This document shows, piece after piece, positions 47,919-59,085 of a stretch of 64,000 bases of DNA (position 1 is its first letter; the number at the start of each line of letters is the position of its first letter). Under the pieces are notes generated by a model that ran no database searches, was not told where the DNA came from, and saw only the letters and a list, made by a program, of their open reading frames with translations. This stretch comes from Chlorokybus atmophyticus (taxonomy: Eukaryota; Plantae; Mesostigma and Chlorokybus algae), in contig RHPI01002368.1 of assembly GCA_009103225.1 (NCBI GenBank), forward strand, positions 773,397 to 837,396. The letters run 5' to 3'. The position numbers and the translations under genes were made by a program.

Positions 47919-50826
47919 TCATCGCTTCCGCCCTTCCACCTTCTTGGCCTCTTTCGCTGCGCAGAACAAGACAGCCTCATTGACTTGTGTACATACACAA
48001 TTGGACTGAACTCATGAAGAAAGCAACACTATAATCTAGTAACAAACACAAGGACTCACATAGCTTCTGTACGTGATGAGTGCCATGTGTGACATGCAAG
48101 CTGAGAAGACAAAATTGCTGAAAGGGGAAAATGAAACACTCTGAAACAAGTGATCGCTCAATGACCATAGTAACGTTACACAATGTTGCATACCAATGTC
48201 ACAACTGCAACCTACACCTGCATTACAACAAGCGTGTTTGTAATGTCTTCAATACCGTATACAACAACGAGAATACATAACAATTATGATGTCTACTATG
48301 GATGAATATCACAACAGGGACAACACTCGGACCAACAATACAACCCCCAACAATAACAACAACACCCACAGAAACACAAACAACAAAAATACAGACGGCC
48401 AATGCACGAACCAGCGATCTCTTCTTGCCGCTTGCGTGCCGCCTCCTCTCTTTGCGCCTTTATGACCGCCAACCGTTCTGCATATATGTATGCCAGTGAG
48501 CTCAAGTCCAACACATGCGCAAAATCACCATAAGATGTTAATACAGCACACTCACAATAGATGAACGCCATGTCATATCAAAATACCTATTCGACCAAAC
48601 AGACTAACAGACAAAGAGACAGACCAACATGACATAACCCATGCATAAGTAGATAGATGCATAACTGGATGTGAAAACGAATGGCTGGATGCATCAAGAA
48701 ATATGGCAAAACTTTAATAACATTACCAAGGTCCTTTTTGGCCTCATCCGTTTTGCCAGCTAAATGCAACTTCCAATAGCGCTCTTTTGCTCGCTGCTTC
48801 TCCAACTCCTCCCTGTTGATTGATAGCAATACTCAACATATGGCTGTATAAGCCCTGGCTATGTAAGCCCTTGATCACAAAGCAGTGTGAGCGAAAGAAA
48901 GAGTGCTTGCTTTCTGGTATTCAGCCAAACACAAGCCAAACATACATACATAACCATACCTTTCCCTCCTTGAAAGCTCAGGAGTGTCTTGCTCTACCTG
49001 CAGCATAACATACCACTCTACATCAGTTGAAACAAAGCACCAATGACAGACTAGTCAACCCACCGAGAGGTGCACAAGTATTTTGATCCTGACATGCAAA
49101 CCCATCACACAGCAGCGGGAGACATGTATGTAAGAATGGTAGTGAATCACTATTTTCCATGACAAGGGAAGTGACGACCATTCTTACATCTGCTTCAGTC
49201 GCCTTGACTGCTTTGCTGCCAGCATAGTTTGGATTCGCAACCTATTTGATAACAGACAGGGAATGAGTAATGAACCAACAGCAGCAGATGTATCAGGTAA
49301 TCGTCAGCAGCATAGACACAATAATGATATATGCGTCACCTCTACGACTCCAGCAACCCCCTTCTTTTTCTGCGTGGCAACACACACAAAAACAAGTACA
49401 TAAGTCACCACAGCATGGAGTGCTGCTTACATACACATTAAGTATGTAACATGACGGATGATTGAAACAAAGGAAGACATGTTGCTGATTGAGTACTTGC
49501 AGCGGGGTTGGCAGCAAGCAATCAACCAGCAGAACTTAAAGCTGTTTAAACAAACAAGAAATGTTGGCATTCCATTCTTACCAAGTCTGCATCATCAGCC
49601 TGCTCTCCCTCGTCAGAGGAGCCCTCCTCTTCATCATCCTCCTCATCCTCGTCAGACTCGCCCTCCTGGCAAGTATATGTACATTGGACACAAGTCAACT
49701 TTTGTGTTGCAGTGATTGTTGACAACCACCACATAACACGCAGACACACATATAGGCATATGTATACACATAAGTATGTAGATAGCTGAACACGCACACG
49801 TATTTGCATGTGCTCATACGTATGGTTTTCACTGATTGCGTTTACCGTTTGTCAGTGTTGTAACGCTAGCTGTGCAACGCAAGAGACATGACGATTTAAC
49901 CGAGACATGCTTGCAGATATTCTGTATAGTGCTATACATGTGTCTTCGATGGGGTGTGCAGACGTGCACATAAAATCATGTGTTCATACATGCACAGAGT
50001 TGGTGTATGCATAAACCATGAAATAGGTACACAACAAGTACACGTGATTGGATGTTTATTAGCACTAGACAAACAATGATGTGACCAGTATGTTGTGATC
50101 GTGCATACCGCATCAGGGTCCCGCTTCTTTGAACCCTCTCCAGCTGCCCAATTGACACAAAGGACAGTGTTAGTACACATCAGATTTCAAAGGGAACTGT
50201 TCCATTCATGAAGAAATGCAGAAGGTCAGCAAAAGAAAAGCCTTGCAGACAACAAGTGTGTAAATGAACGTACGCATCCAGATTGTAGATGAAATACACA
50301 TACGTACTTAATTGGATATATACAAGTAATACACTCCATTCTAGATTGAGAACGACAGCGAGAGGTTTCATTGAAGGGGTAAGTCAGGCGAAGTGAAATT
50401 GTACTTGAATAGGACATGCAGAACCTACAAACCAACACTTCTCAATCCCTGATCTATGCTCTCGCCGAGCCAGACGCCAGGCAACGCCACCAGTCCAGAA
50501 TAACCCATAACGTAGCTTACCATACCAAGCTATGCCATGCCATGCAAAGCCAGGCCAGACCGGATCGTATGACATAGAACAGACCAGAGCTAGCTATCCT
50601 CCAGGCCAGAAGCAGGCCTGGCCTGGCCTGGCCATGCAAGGTCTGGCCTGACCAGGCGAAGAGCCTACGGTTGCATTTCGCAGACAAAGCATGCCCTGGC
50701 CTGACCAGACCAAGCTAGACTCTCCACCAGGCCAGAGCCAGACGTACCTATCTCCTCCCTGGTGGAGAAGCGCTTGCGGCCGGTCGGACCCTTCTTTCCC
50801 CTACCGCGCCCGCCGCTCTTGCCCAT
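47919..50826 (-). CDS. PDAP1: 28 kDa heat- and acid-stable phosphoprotein (PDGFA-associated protein 1) homolog
   Basis: [26 protein letters not shown] | acidic [14 protein letters not shown].. | [10 protein letters not shown] | VANPNY | [29 protein letters not shown] | [20 protein letters not shown] | [12 protein letters not shown]. This is the PP28 domain signature. Confidence 0.92.
50470..50740. repeat. Degenerate pentanucleotide (CCAGG/CCAGA/CCATG) repeat tract in PDAP1 intron 1
   Basis: About 9 CCWGG sites in ~260 bp, including ggcctggcctggcctggcc. Confidence 0.6.
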
Positions 50827-51789
50827 GTCTGCTCCAACCGCCTGCGCCAAGCCGAGCTGAGCTAGGTTGCCCTGAAGGACGGCGACGCGGACGGCGGCGG
50901 TGGCGACGACGAGGTGGTGGACGATGAGGTGGTGGCGGCGGCCGTGGCGGTAAAGTTTGCTATGTGAATAGTCATGTAGTCGGGACTCATCAAGTCATAA
51001 GGACGCATTACTGCATGCCATTACAGTGTGAAAGATCCTTTTTGGGTTGCATGCAACAAGCAACTTGAACTTCATGACGATGCTGGAATCAATCATGCTG
51101 GAACCTAGCAGCTTAATGCGTGACTGAAGGTCTTGAACACTTGATGCCATCAACATGTATACTCGAAGGTGCAAGACTCTTACATGTTTATAAGAGTGCT
51201 CCCTTAATCTAAGTGCATGCAACGAGGTTATATTGCGACGCAATCAACCATAGCATTATATACTTCAGGCACACACTAGAGCATCGCTTATATATACGTG
51301 ACAATATTCAATGAGTGCACCAAATTCAATCCACTGTTTGTACTATGAGATTTAGATGTTCAACATGTAAAGTACGAGTTCGCACCACACTCTCGAAAAT
51401 AGTTTTCCATACGTAAGTGTTTAATATTGAAGTATATTAACCTTCTGCAATAAGCTCGTTGGATCCAACTTTTACATTATCCGACTCAGAGTGCTTGCCG
51501 CACTGCTTGATGAGCAGCGCTTACATTTGGTTATACAAGGGTGCAAGGTATTAATGGTCATCAACATATTTTATGAGAAACACGATCAATACTTGCATTG
51601 CGTGGTAATGCGTGGGCCATTCAGAATCCAGAGTTAACACTAAGTTGGTTGTAACTTACCATATCATATCAAACTATGCGACTTGTCAAATATAAGCCGT
51701 CACGCGATTATTTAATATAGTTATCATATGTCTATAAACAAAATCGGTTATATATGACATAATTGTGCGTGCATCATGTATCATGAGTA

Positions 51790-52220
51790 CAAGGCCATTT
51801 GCACGTGTTGGTTCCATGAGTGATACTACATGCGATGCTGCAAGTGCAGCACTCCGGGTACGCAAAAAAAAAAAAAAACTATGTAGTTGATTAGCTATCT
51901 AGCTCAAACTGAGACCACTTGTTTGCTCACAGAGCATGCAACATGTATTATGAGTAAAAGCCATGCGTTAATTCGATGAGTGATACCACATGCCATATCG
52001 CAATTGCAATATCGCTCTGTGTACATAGGAAAAATTATATAGTCGAAGTTAAGACCACTCGTTTGCTTACAACGCATGCACATCTCATAAGCAAAAGCCA
52101 TGTATGAGTTCGTTTAATGAAACCACATGCGATACTGCAAGTGCAGTATCATTGCTAGAGGCTCTACGTACATAGGAGACAACATATAGCTGAAGTGAGA
52201 CCACTCATTTGCTCATAGAA
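51790..52220. repeat. Degenerate tandem repeat, ~140-146 bp x3
   Basis: (g/a)agaccact(t/c)(g/a)tttgct recurs at 51911, 52051 and 52197. acatgc(g/c)at..gcaa(g/t)tgca recurs at about 51828, 51988 and 52124. Confidence 0.75.
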
Positions 52221-53034
52221 GTTGACAAAGCATATGCTCACAAATGAATAAGTAGCACATTGCTATGTGATCTTGACCAAATGCTTGCCTATCTCACCTC
52301 AATGTATGCACAAGCGGATGTGTATCATACACATGGCATGTTGGACGGTTTGTGGTCTACTGGTTGGGACGCTGACCGCAATCCTTAGGTATTATGATCA
52401 ATTCCTACTGCGGTGGAGACTATGATGCCAGTATGTTCAATAAAACAATCGCAGACCAATTTACTCCTACGGTTGGCCAACATTGCATATGAACCCTCTG
52501 AAGAGAGAGTGTGACAACTCGCAAGCATACATTACGACCGGGCATGATGTGAATTAGCACCGTGGTTGTGATTTTCATCACCACCACCACCACCACAAGG
52601 TTACAACATCATAGCCAATTATGGTGGTCACTTGCATTGATTACATGACCGACTATGCATCGTATGAGCCGGCTAGTATGTAAAAAATATACCACGACAG
52701 CATGGTCACAACATTGAAAACACTCAGTAACTTATGTTTGTGACGCACACATGATTGATGAAAGACCGATGGCCCATGCATGGTCGTGATTGCTAGCCAC
52801 ATGCAAGTGGTAGTGAGGTTACCACCATATATGATTACTACATTCAAGCCATATGGCATGCATTAACACCACATACAGAATTCTCGGCATGGGCATGACG
52901 GTTGGCCACATGTGGTCGTAATTGTTATGCTGGCCATGGATGGTCCTGATGGTGCCATATGTGGTCCTACCATTCACGACCACACTGGCGTCATTTATGA
53001 GAGCATGGTTTGAGCTGACGTTTTCATGTGAGAC

Positions 53035-53355
53035 ATTGGTGTAAAACCCAACGTCTACAGAATTTCGAAGGTGCTGGATTTTGGCGTACTGGAACTGCGG
53101 AGCCAAGATGGCGAGCTGTTGAAGGACAGTATGGAGAATTGCGCTCCATGTCATTTGACCTACGTGTCATGCATATGCTTCAACATCATCTTGCATCCAC
53201 GCCCAAGCAAAAGCAAGCGCTGCAAAGAGTGGCAGTGCAGCGAAGGAAGCACAGATGATGTTATGCGAGGGGTGCAACAACGGCATACACATTTTCAAGC
53301 TGATCCCACCACAAAAGGTCCCAGTGGAGGAGTATTGGTGCATCAACTGCCGCAA
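53035..53355 (+). mobile_element. Remnant C-terminus of a PHD-finger-bearing Ty3/gypsy-like pol (frameshifted)
   Basis: VYRISKVLDFGVLELRSQDG...ENCAPCHL, then after a frameshift MMLCEGCNNGIHIFKLIPPQKVPVEEYWCINC (PHD with one Cys changed to Lys). The GVLxLxGxDG..NCAPCHL + PHD tail is the pattern I recall from algal/bryophyte gypsy elements. Truncated by the gap at 53440. Confidence 0.65.
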
Positions 53356-55509
53356 TCACGGTCCACTGCACGCACGTGGCAACCGACCACTGCAGCAAGG
53401 ACTTCTCCAGTGTTTAGGGGGAGGGGGGGGGGGGGGGGGNNNNNNNNNNNNNNNNNNNNNNNNNNNNNNNNNNNNNNNNNNNNNNNNNNNNNNNNNNNNN
53501 NNNNNNNNNNNNNNNNNNNNNNNNNNNNNNNNNNNNNNNNNNGGGGGGGGGGGGGGCTTGTTGACTTTGTCTTCCTTTATAGCAATTGTGGTTGGAGACT
53601 CAATCTAAGCCAATGCAAGTCTCACACTACACACCATCTATCAATGAACCGTTCGCCTCATAATTCAACCTGTTGTAATCAGCACCGCTGGTAATGCACT
53701 TAATGTGACTAATGGTTCGTTATACCAATCCGGGTTCAAGTTCAGGTTCAACCAGAGCCTTGCCAGCGGTGCTATTGTACAACTAGTTGAAGAAGTTAGT
53801 TTTCATACCAGTAATCGACGGTCCCACTAATGATTGCTTTATCACCTTTATACGTGCAGCGCTCCCTTCTAGATTTTCTCAATGGCAGCTGGCCTTCCAA
53901 TGCAAAAATCTACAGCGCTCATTGAAATGGTTGGGTGGCACCATCCCGAGCAGAGTCCGAGACCGATACTGTGCCAAGAGGCCCCTTCGTCTTGTTTAGG
54001 ACAACGTTCTCGTGGTGACCTCTTCATTTAATAAGCGTTTGCGTTATTGTCAAAACGCCAGGGCTTCTCGTTGCCAGTAGCGCAGTTGATATGATTGCGG
54101 GCTCACACCGCACAAGTCGCTTATTTAGTTGAGACTAGCAAAAGGCACTATTTGCCATGGCAGGCTCTTTGTCTTTTTCCCTTTTTCATCAGCAATGCCT
54201 TTGTTGGTGTAATGGATAATCATGCTATTAAGCGTCGTCAATCGGTTCTATTGACATTTATGCATCCGTCATTGACGTGACTTTGCCATCAACCCCATGC
54301 AGCCCAACCAGTCAGATATGTATTGTACAACTACTGCAAACATAGAACAGTCTGGCGAGTGCAACTACTTTCAACCTTGTTGCAACAGGGTTGAAACAGC
54401 AGAGGGTGTGCGCGCTGCCGTACATGCTACTAAGCGCGACAACAAGATTACAATTAGGTCTCGTAGGTCAAAAAATGTGCATCTGCGCGTGCGTGTCTTC
54501 TCAAACCACAACACTGCTTTGAAACATGTACAATATAACTACACACAACATGCATGAGGTCAAACCGGGTAGGGCTGTAGGTAAGCGTGGTTGAGAACAT
54601 AGAACAGTATGAGAATAAAGCTAAAGCAACCAACCACACAATTGTGATGCTACGACACTGCATGTGTGTGCGTTGGGGATGCAACTGCATGAACAGTTGC
54701 ATGACAGCAAAGGCTCACAGCCACATACGTCACATGCAAATCCTGAAAACAACCTCACCACATCATGTCTTCCCAGGTGAAATTTCTCCATACACTTGAG
54801 TAGTACATTCGCGTAATTCTGAAATGGAAATTATCCAATTAATTGACCTGAATATTGCGACCCCAGCGTTGTAATGTTAAACAACAACAACAACGAGAAG
54901 ATGCGCACTTAATGCCTGGACAAAAAAGAAAGGTTGTATAAAATAAATAGTGCACATGTTTTATTTTAAACAGCACAGGCGTGCACGATGTAGATGCCAG
55001 GCTCATAACTGTCTGCAAGATGAACAGCGAAACATATTGCTTGTGCTTCACATTTTGCTGTACTGTTCAGTATTTGGGCAACATGAGTTTATGGGTCAAC
55101 AATAATTATCGTACACAAATATGTATTATTGCTATACTTTATACACATTAATGCATGTTGATGTATGGTTGCTACTGTAAGTTTCTGCCTTGCTGCTTTT
55201 TAAGCAATCACATCTACGGGCAATCTGCCTTGTTCTCTTAAAAGAACACATCTGCTGTATTGTTGATGCGCTCAATGGCAATTCATCCGCAAGTTGTAAC
55301 ATGTGGGGGAACAAGCCATTGCACAGATGCATGAGCGCATGTAGGGAAATGCAACATCACTCCTTACTACAGCAGTGTTCAGCGAAGTGGCCGTGCGCTT
55401 GATGCGCTCTGTGCACAGGATGCATATGGATCATGTGTGGCATGCATGCCGGCTAAACACAACTTCATCATGCAACATTACCTTGCCACCTTGCCATCAC
55501 CTTCAACGC

Positions 55510-55697
55510 TCACTACCATGCCCATACTGCTGCCATTGACACGCCACTGATTATACCGATTGCGACAGCTTCCATTCCAGAGGCTGGTGAGGGAGATCGC
55601 TGCTGACTTAAAGAACGACTTGAGATGGAATGCAGATGCGGTGCTCGCAATGCAAGAGGCGCCAGAGGCTTTTCTTGTGACTATGTTCACCTAATAA
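55510..55697 (+). pseudogene. Divergent histone H3-like histone-fold fragment (pseudogene)
   Basis: From 55563: [43 protein letters not shown] followed by TAA TAA. Canonical H3 is [42 protein letters not shown]. The upstream LII is out of frame (7-nt insertion). No N-terminal tail or alpha-3 helix was found. Confidence 0.85.
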
Positions 55698-56369
55698 GTA
55701 AGTGGCGCGCTCTCGCCGACATGCATTCAATGAGTTAAAATTGACACAACGCTGCTGTGCGACATGCAGGAACCGCACGGGACTTCCTTAGGTTCTTGAG
55801 GACTTGGCCAAGCTGCAGAAGTTACGCATGTATATGTACGGTGATGACGCGGTGGTGCAGGCAAAGGCACATATAGCAGCTGCGGCCAAGCCGCAGGGGG
55901 TGGGAGGAAAGCGTTACCCTTTGCCGAGTGCGCACATGGCAATGAAGGCGAAGACATTCACGCCTCCTACCGGTGGCACATTTGCTGGTGGTGCTGCATC
56001 TGCTGCGGCTCGCACTTTACGTTACGTATGGCATCAACTGCAACCACATTGCAAGGAACTGCCCCGCCAAGAAGGGCAAGGCCAAGAAGGTTAAATAGGA
56101 TTACGCCGTGACTGATGTAGATGCGGTTGCCAGTTGCTTCATATGCAAGCAGCAAGCTAGTTTAATAATCTGTCCCAAGTGCATGTAATGACACATGCAT
56201 GGCAACCACATGACAAGTTGCCACTCTTTGATGTTAAGAAGTGGAAGAGAACGTTGCAAGTTTTACACAATGACTGACAAGGGATTGAGGGATCCCGTTA
56301 GTCCGGACTAAAGGTTGCCTGACCCTGCTTGACCCTACCTGACGTAACGGATTGGTCCATAAAGGGGCT

Positions 56370-56590
56370 TTTTAGGACGGCCGTTACTATCAAGCAACAT
56401 ATACCGACGGCAAGCGGTCGACTGATAAGTACAATCGACGGCGGCCTGCCTGTGACGGCAACACCACACTTTAAAGTGACGGCCGATTGTCGGTCGTCCC
56501 ATTTGCGCGATGGCGACCAATCCGTATAGCAGATAAGTCACGTTTTGGTCACATATAGTGACGGCCGACCGTCGGTCGTTGTTACGGCCT
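56370..56590. repeat. GACGGC-motif cluster with imperfect hairpins; related copies at ~57840-57940 and ~59110-59220
   Basis: gtgacggccgattgtcggtcgt (~56477), gtgacggccgaccgtcggtcgt (~56558) and gtgacggccaatcgtcggtcgt (~57916). Confidence 0.7.
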
Positions 56591-57084
56591 AGCTACTATA
56601 GCTGGTCACGTACAGTGTATATATAAGTTAAAGTTTAGCGAGAGACAAAAGTTTAATAAACCTTGGTTGGATTATCTTGGTTTGTTATACAAGCTTTGAA
56701 TGCGTGTGTTTGTGTTTGAGCTCAAACACGAGTGCAATGCATCGCTAATTATAGGCCTGGCTAGTTAGAGCATTTAAATGCATCTAATTAGAAGTGGTTG
56801 ACTAGGAATTACCCTATTCATGTATGTATGGGCGTCTTGAGTAGGAAGGTAAAAGCACATGGCTTTAGTATAATGATTTATTAACGCGATGTGGGCTTAT
56901 GGGGTCAATCGCATGAAACATCATAGGAAAAAGCATGTGTAATAATAAGGTTCATTTAGGCCAATCCAAGGTGGCTTATTTGGATCAGTTGACTAGAGCG
57001 AAGTAGCCTACCTAGGGTGAACAAAAAGGACTTTGCGAAATGAGTTCGCGAAGGGGTTAATTCACCTGCGAAGTGAATCAACAT

Positions 57085-57300
57085 AGTGAACTAAATTAGT
57101 TCACTGGTTCAGTTACGAACATGAACTAAAGTAGTTCACTAAGGGTTCGTAAGTAAACTAAGTGAATCACCCTAATATGAGGGGACTAATAGAAGTGAGA
57201 GCCAAAAGTGAATCACTGGTGAACTAAGTTAGTTCACTAGTAGAGTGATTCACAATGCCGATAAGGTAGTGAACTAACATTGATTCACTAGTGAATCAAT
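57085..57300. repeat. Array of AT-rich palindromes built from GTGAACTAA / GTGAATCA
   Basis: agtgaactaa-a-ttagttcact (57085-57105), tgaacta-aag-tagttca (57122-57138), gtgaactaa-g-ttagttcac (57219-57237), attgattcact-agtgaatcaat (57279-57300). Confidence 0.9.
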
Positions 57301-58079
57301 TATGAGATCACCTCGCGACGCGAAGTCACGATAGATCATCGGCTAAGGCATTGGCCCCCTCCCGCGTGTGCCAATACGCAGCGCTATGGCAGCGCCGCCT
57401 ACCATGGCCGCAGGCACAAAAATCGCGGATTCACATTATAGGTCACTTTGCAGAATGCCAATAAACTAATGCCGGGTGAATTAAACTAATCACTTAGGTG
57501 AGTGAATGGGGAACTGGTAGAGGGCTTTAAACCAAGTAAGTCTTAGCCAAGATAGTTCCTAGTAAAGCTCACGGCGATAGAGTTCGCCAGAACAAAAGAG
57601 CCAGTCGCGGGTGGACGGTAGCCGCCGCGCGACTTGAGCTCTGGGCTTTTGGGACTAAGGTAGGACCACCTAAGCTAGGTGACCATAACCCTTAATTTAC
57701 CAAGTAGTTGTTCAATCAACGAAAGGTGGTTAAGGGAGTGTACAGTCACTACATGTAAAAGTGTGTGATTACTGTACATAGTTTTTGGTGTGATTTCCCC
57801 TCCGCGCGTCGTAACAGTCGTACCCTGACCGTCGACAAGTATGCGTGACGGCTTGCCTACTTTGGCAAGTCAGTCACCGTTAGTCCCTATCAGGTGACTT
57901 TACCGCGTTTATTAAGTGACGGCCAATCGTCGGTCGTGCACTTAACGCGGCGGCGACCTACTTATTGTGTGTCAAGTATGATAAGCAAGTGACCGCCGGT
58001 CCCTAAAGGTCGGCAAGTCGGGACGGTGGTACCGGCCGGCAAGTCGAGACGTTGATACAATGCAGCCGCCGTACTATGT

Positions 58080-58150
58080 CAATGGCACGAACAGTGCCAT
58101 TGTCGCAATGGCACTATCGCACCATACCAATGGTATGATAGTGCCATTGC
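58080..58150. repeat. Two adjacent hairpins sharing the CAATGGCAC arm
   Basis: caatggcac/gtgccattg (58080-58102), and a 14-bp stem gcaatggcactatc/gatagtgccattgc (58105-58150) enclosing a further short palindrome. Confidence 0.85.
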
Positions 58151-58282
58151 AACAATGGTACTTTCATATCATTATAATAATACGATGATGCGGTTGCGAG
58201 TCACGTTTCGACAACGTGTTGAATCTTGGGCTGCTCAAGTTATTCAAACGCTTAACGGCTTCAAGTTGAACAGAGCGTTGTG

Positions 58283-58315
<33 letters not shown>
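58283..58315. repeat. (GGC)11 microsatellite
   Basis: Perfect GGC run. Confidence 0.95.
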
Positions 58316-58640
58316 TAACAGCAGGTGAGCTTGGTTGCTGTTTGACGTTGTACTACGCGCAACACCGCATGCCATCTAACCACCCTCTTTGCCTTAGGGC
58401 GGCCAGGCATTGTCAGGCTAGGCCAAACCAAGCCAGGCGACGGCAGCGGCGGAGAAGGAACGGCGGTGGCGGAGCTAAAGCGGGCGGTGCAAGAGCCGCA
58501 GCTCAGTACAAGGGTAGTACTAGCAAGGTACCTAAGGTAGTAGTAGCAGTAGTGGTAGTGGTAGTCTAGTTGTACTAGCAGTAGTAGTAGTAGTAGCTTA
58601 GTATATTACATTGTGATTTATTTATTTTTTTGCACATTTT

Positions 58641-58826
58641 GTGGTAAGTAAGTGCCGTTCTTTGTTCACCTGCCAGGCTGTCGTAGTAAGTAAAGAACTG
58701 CATAAGGCGGGGGGCTACCATTACCATGTAGGTGTTTTAAATGATACGGCCTCCAAAAATACGTGTACAAATAAGCTTCGTAGTGCATTCTCGGAGTTTG
58801 AGGGGCGGCAACTCAATGTATCTTTC
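58641..58826 (+). mobile_element. HUH-endonuclease (rolling-circle Rep-like) gene fragment
   Basis: Stop-free RSLFTCQAVVVSKELHKAGGYHYHVGVLNDTASKNTCTNKLRSAFSEFEGRQLNVSF. The hydrophobic strand-E-x-H-xx-G-x-x-H-Y-H-hydrophobic pattern is RCR motif II (HUH at 58719-58727). Motif I and the YxxK motif III are absent. Confidence 0.7.
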
Positions 58827-58904
58827 CTTTTATCCTGTATTATTTGTCACGCATTCTTGCGCAGCTGATGACGACAATCACGTGTGACACCTAATCATGC
58901 GTGA

Positions 58905-59085
58905 GCGGTACCAGCAGGTACCTTTAAAAATACACATCATTATCGGTAGGTACCTTAAGGTACCTGACAATTTCGATCAGTTAGCGTACAGTCGCCGGTA
59001 CCTTACTGATAGGTACCGGTCAGTTACCTGTTAGTTAGGTCAAGTCCCCTTTGGTTAACTGTTGAGTACCTGACAGGTACCTATT
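58905..59085. repeat. Cluster of seven GGTACC palindromes
   Basis: GGTACC at 58907, 58917, 58949, 58959, 58997, 59012 and 59076, plus a perfect 18-nt palindrome aggtaccttaaggtacct (58948-58965). Confidence 0.85.

Noticed and set aside
54410-54495. AAVHATKRDNKITI..NVHLRVR, faintly like the histone H2A or H3 C-terminal helix
   Set aside because: Only RDNK or HA-KR matches, there is no supporting upstream fold, and the order relative to the H3 fragment is wrong.
58598-58612. GTATATTAC just upstream of the HUH fragment as a CRESS nonanucleotide origin
   Set aside because: It does not fit NANTATTAC and is not in a stem-loop.
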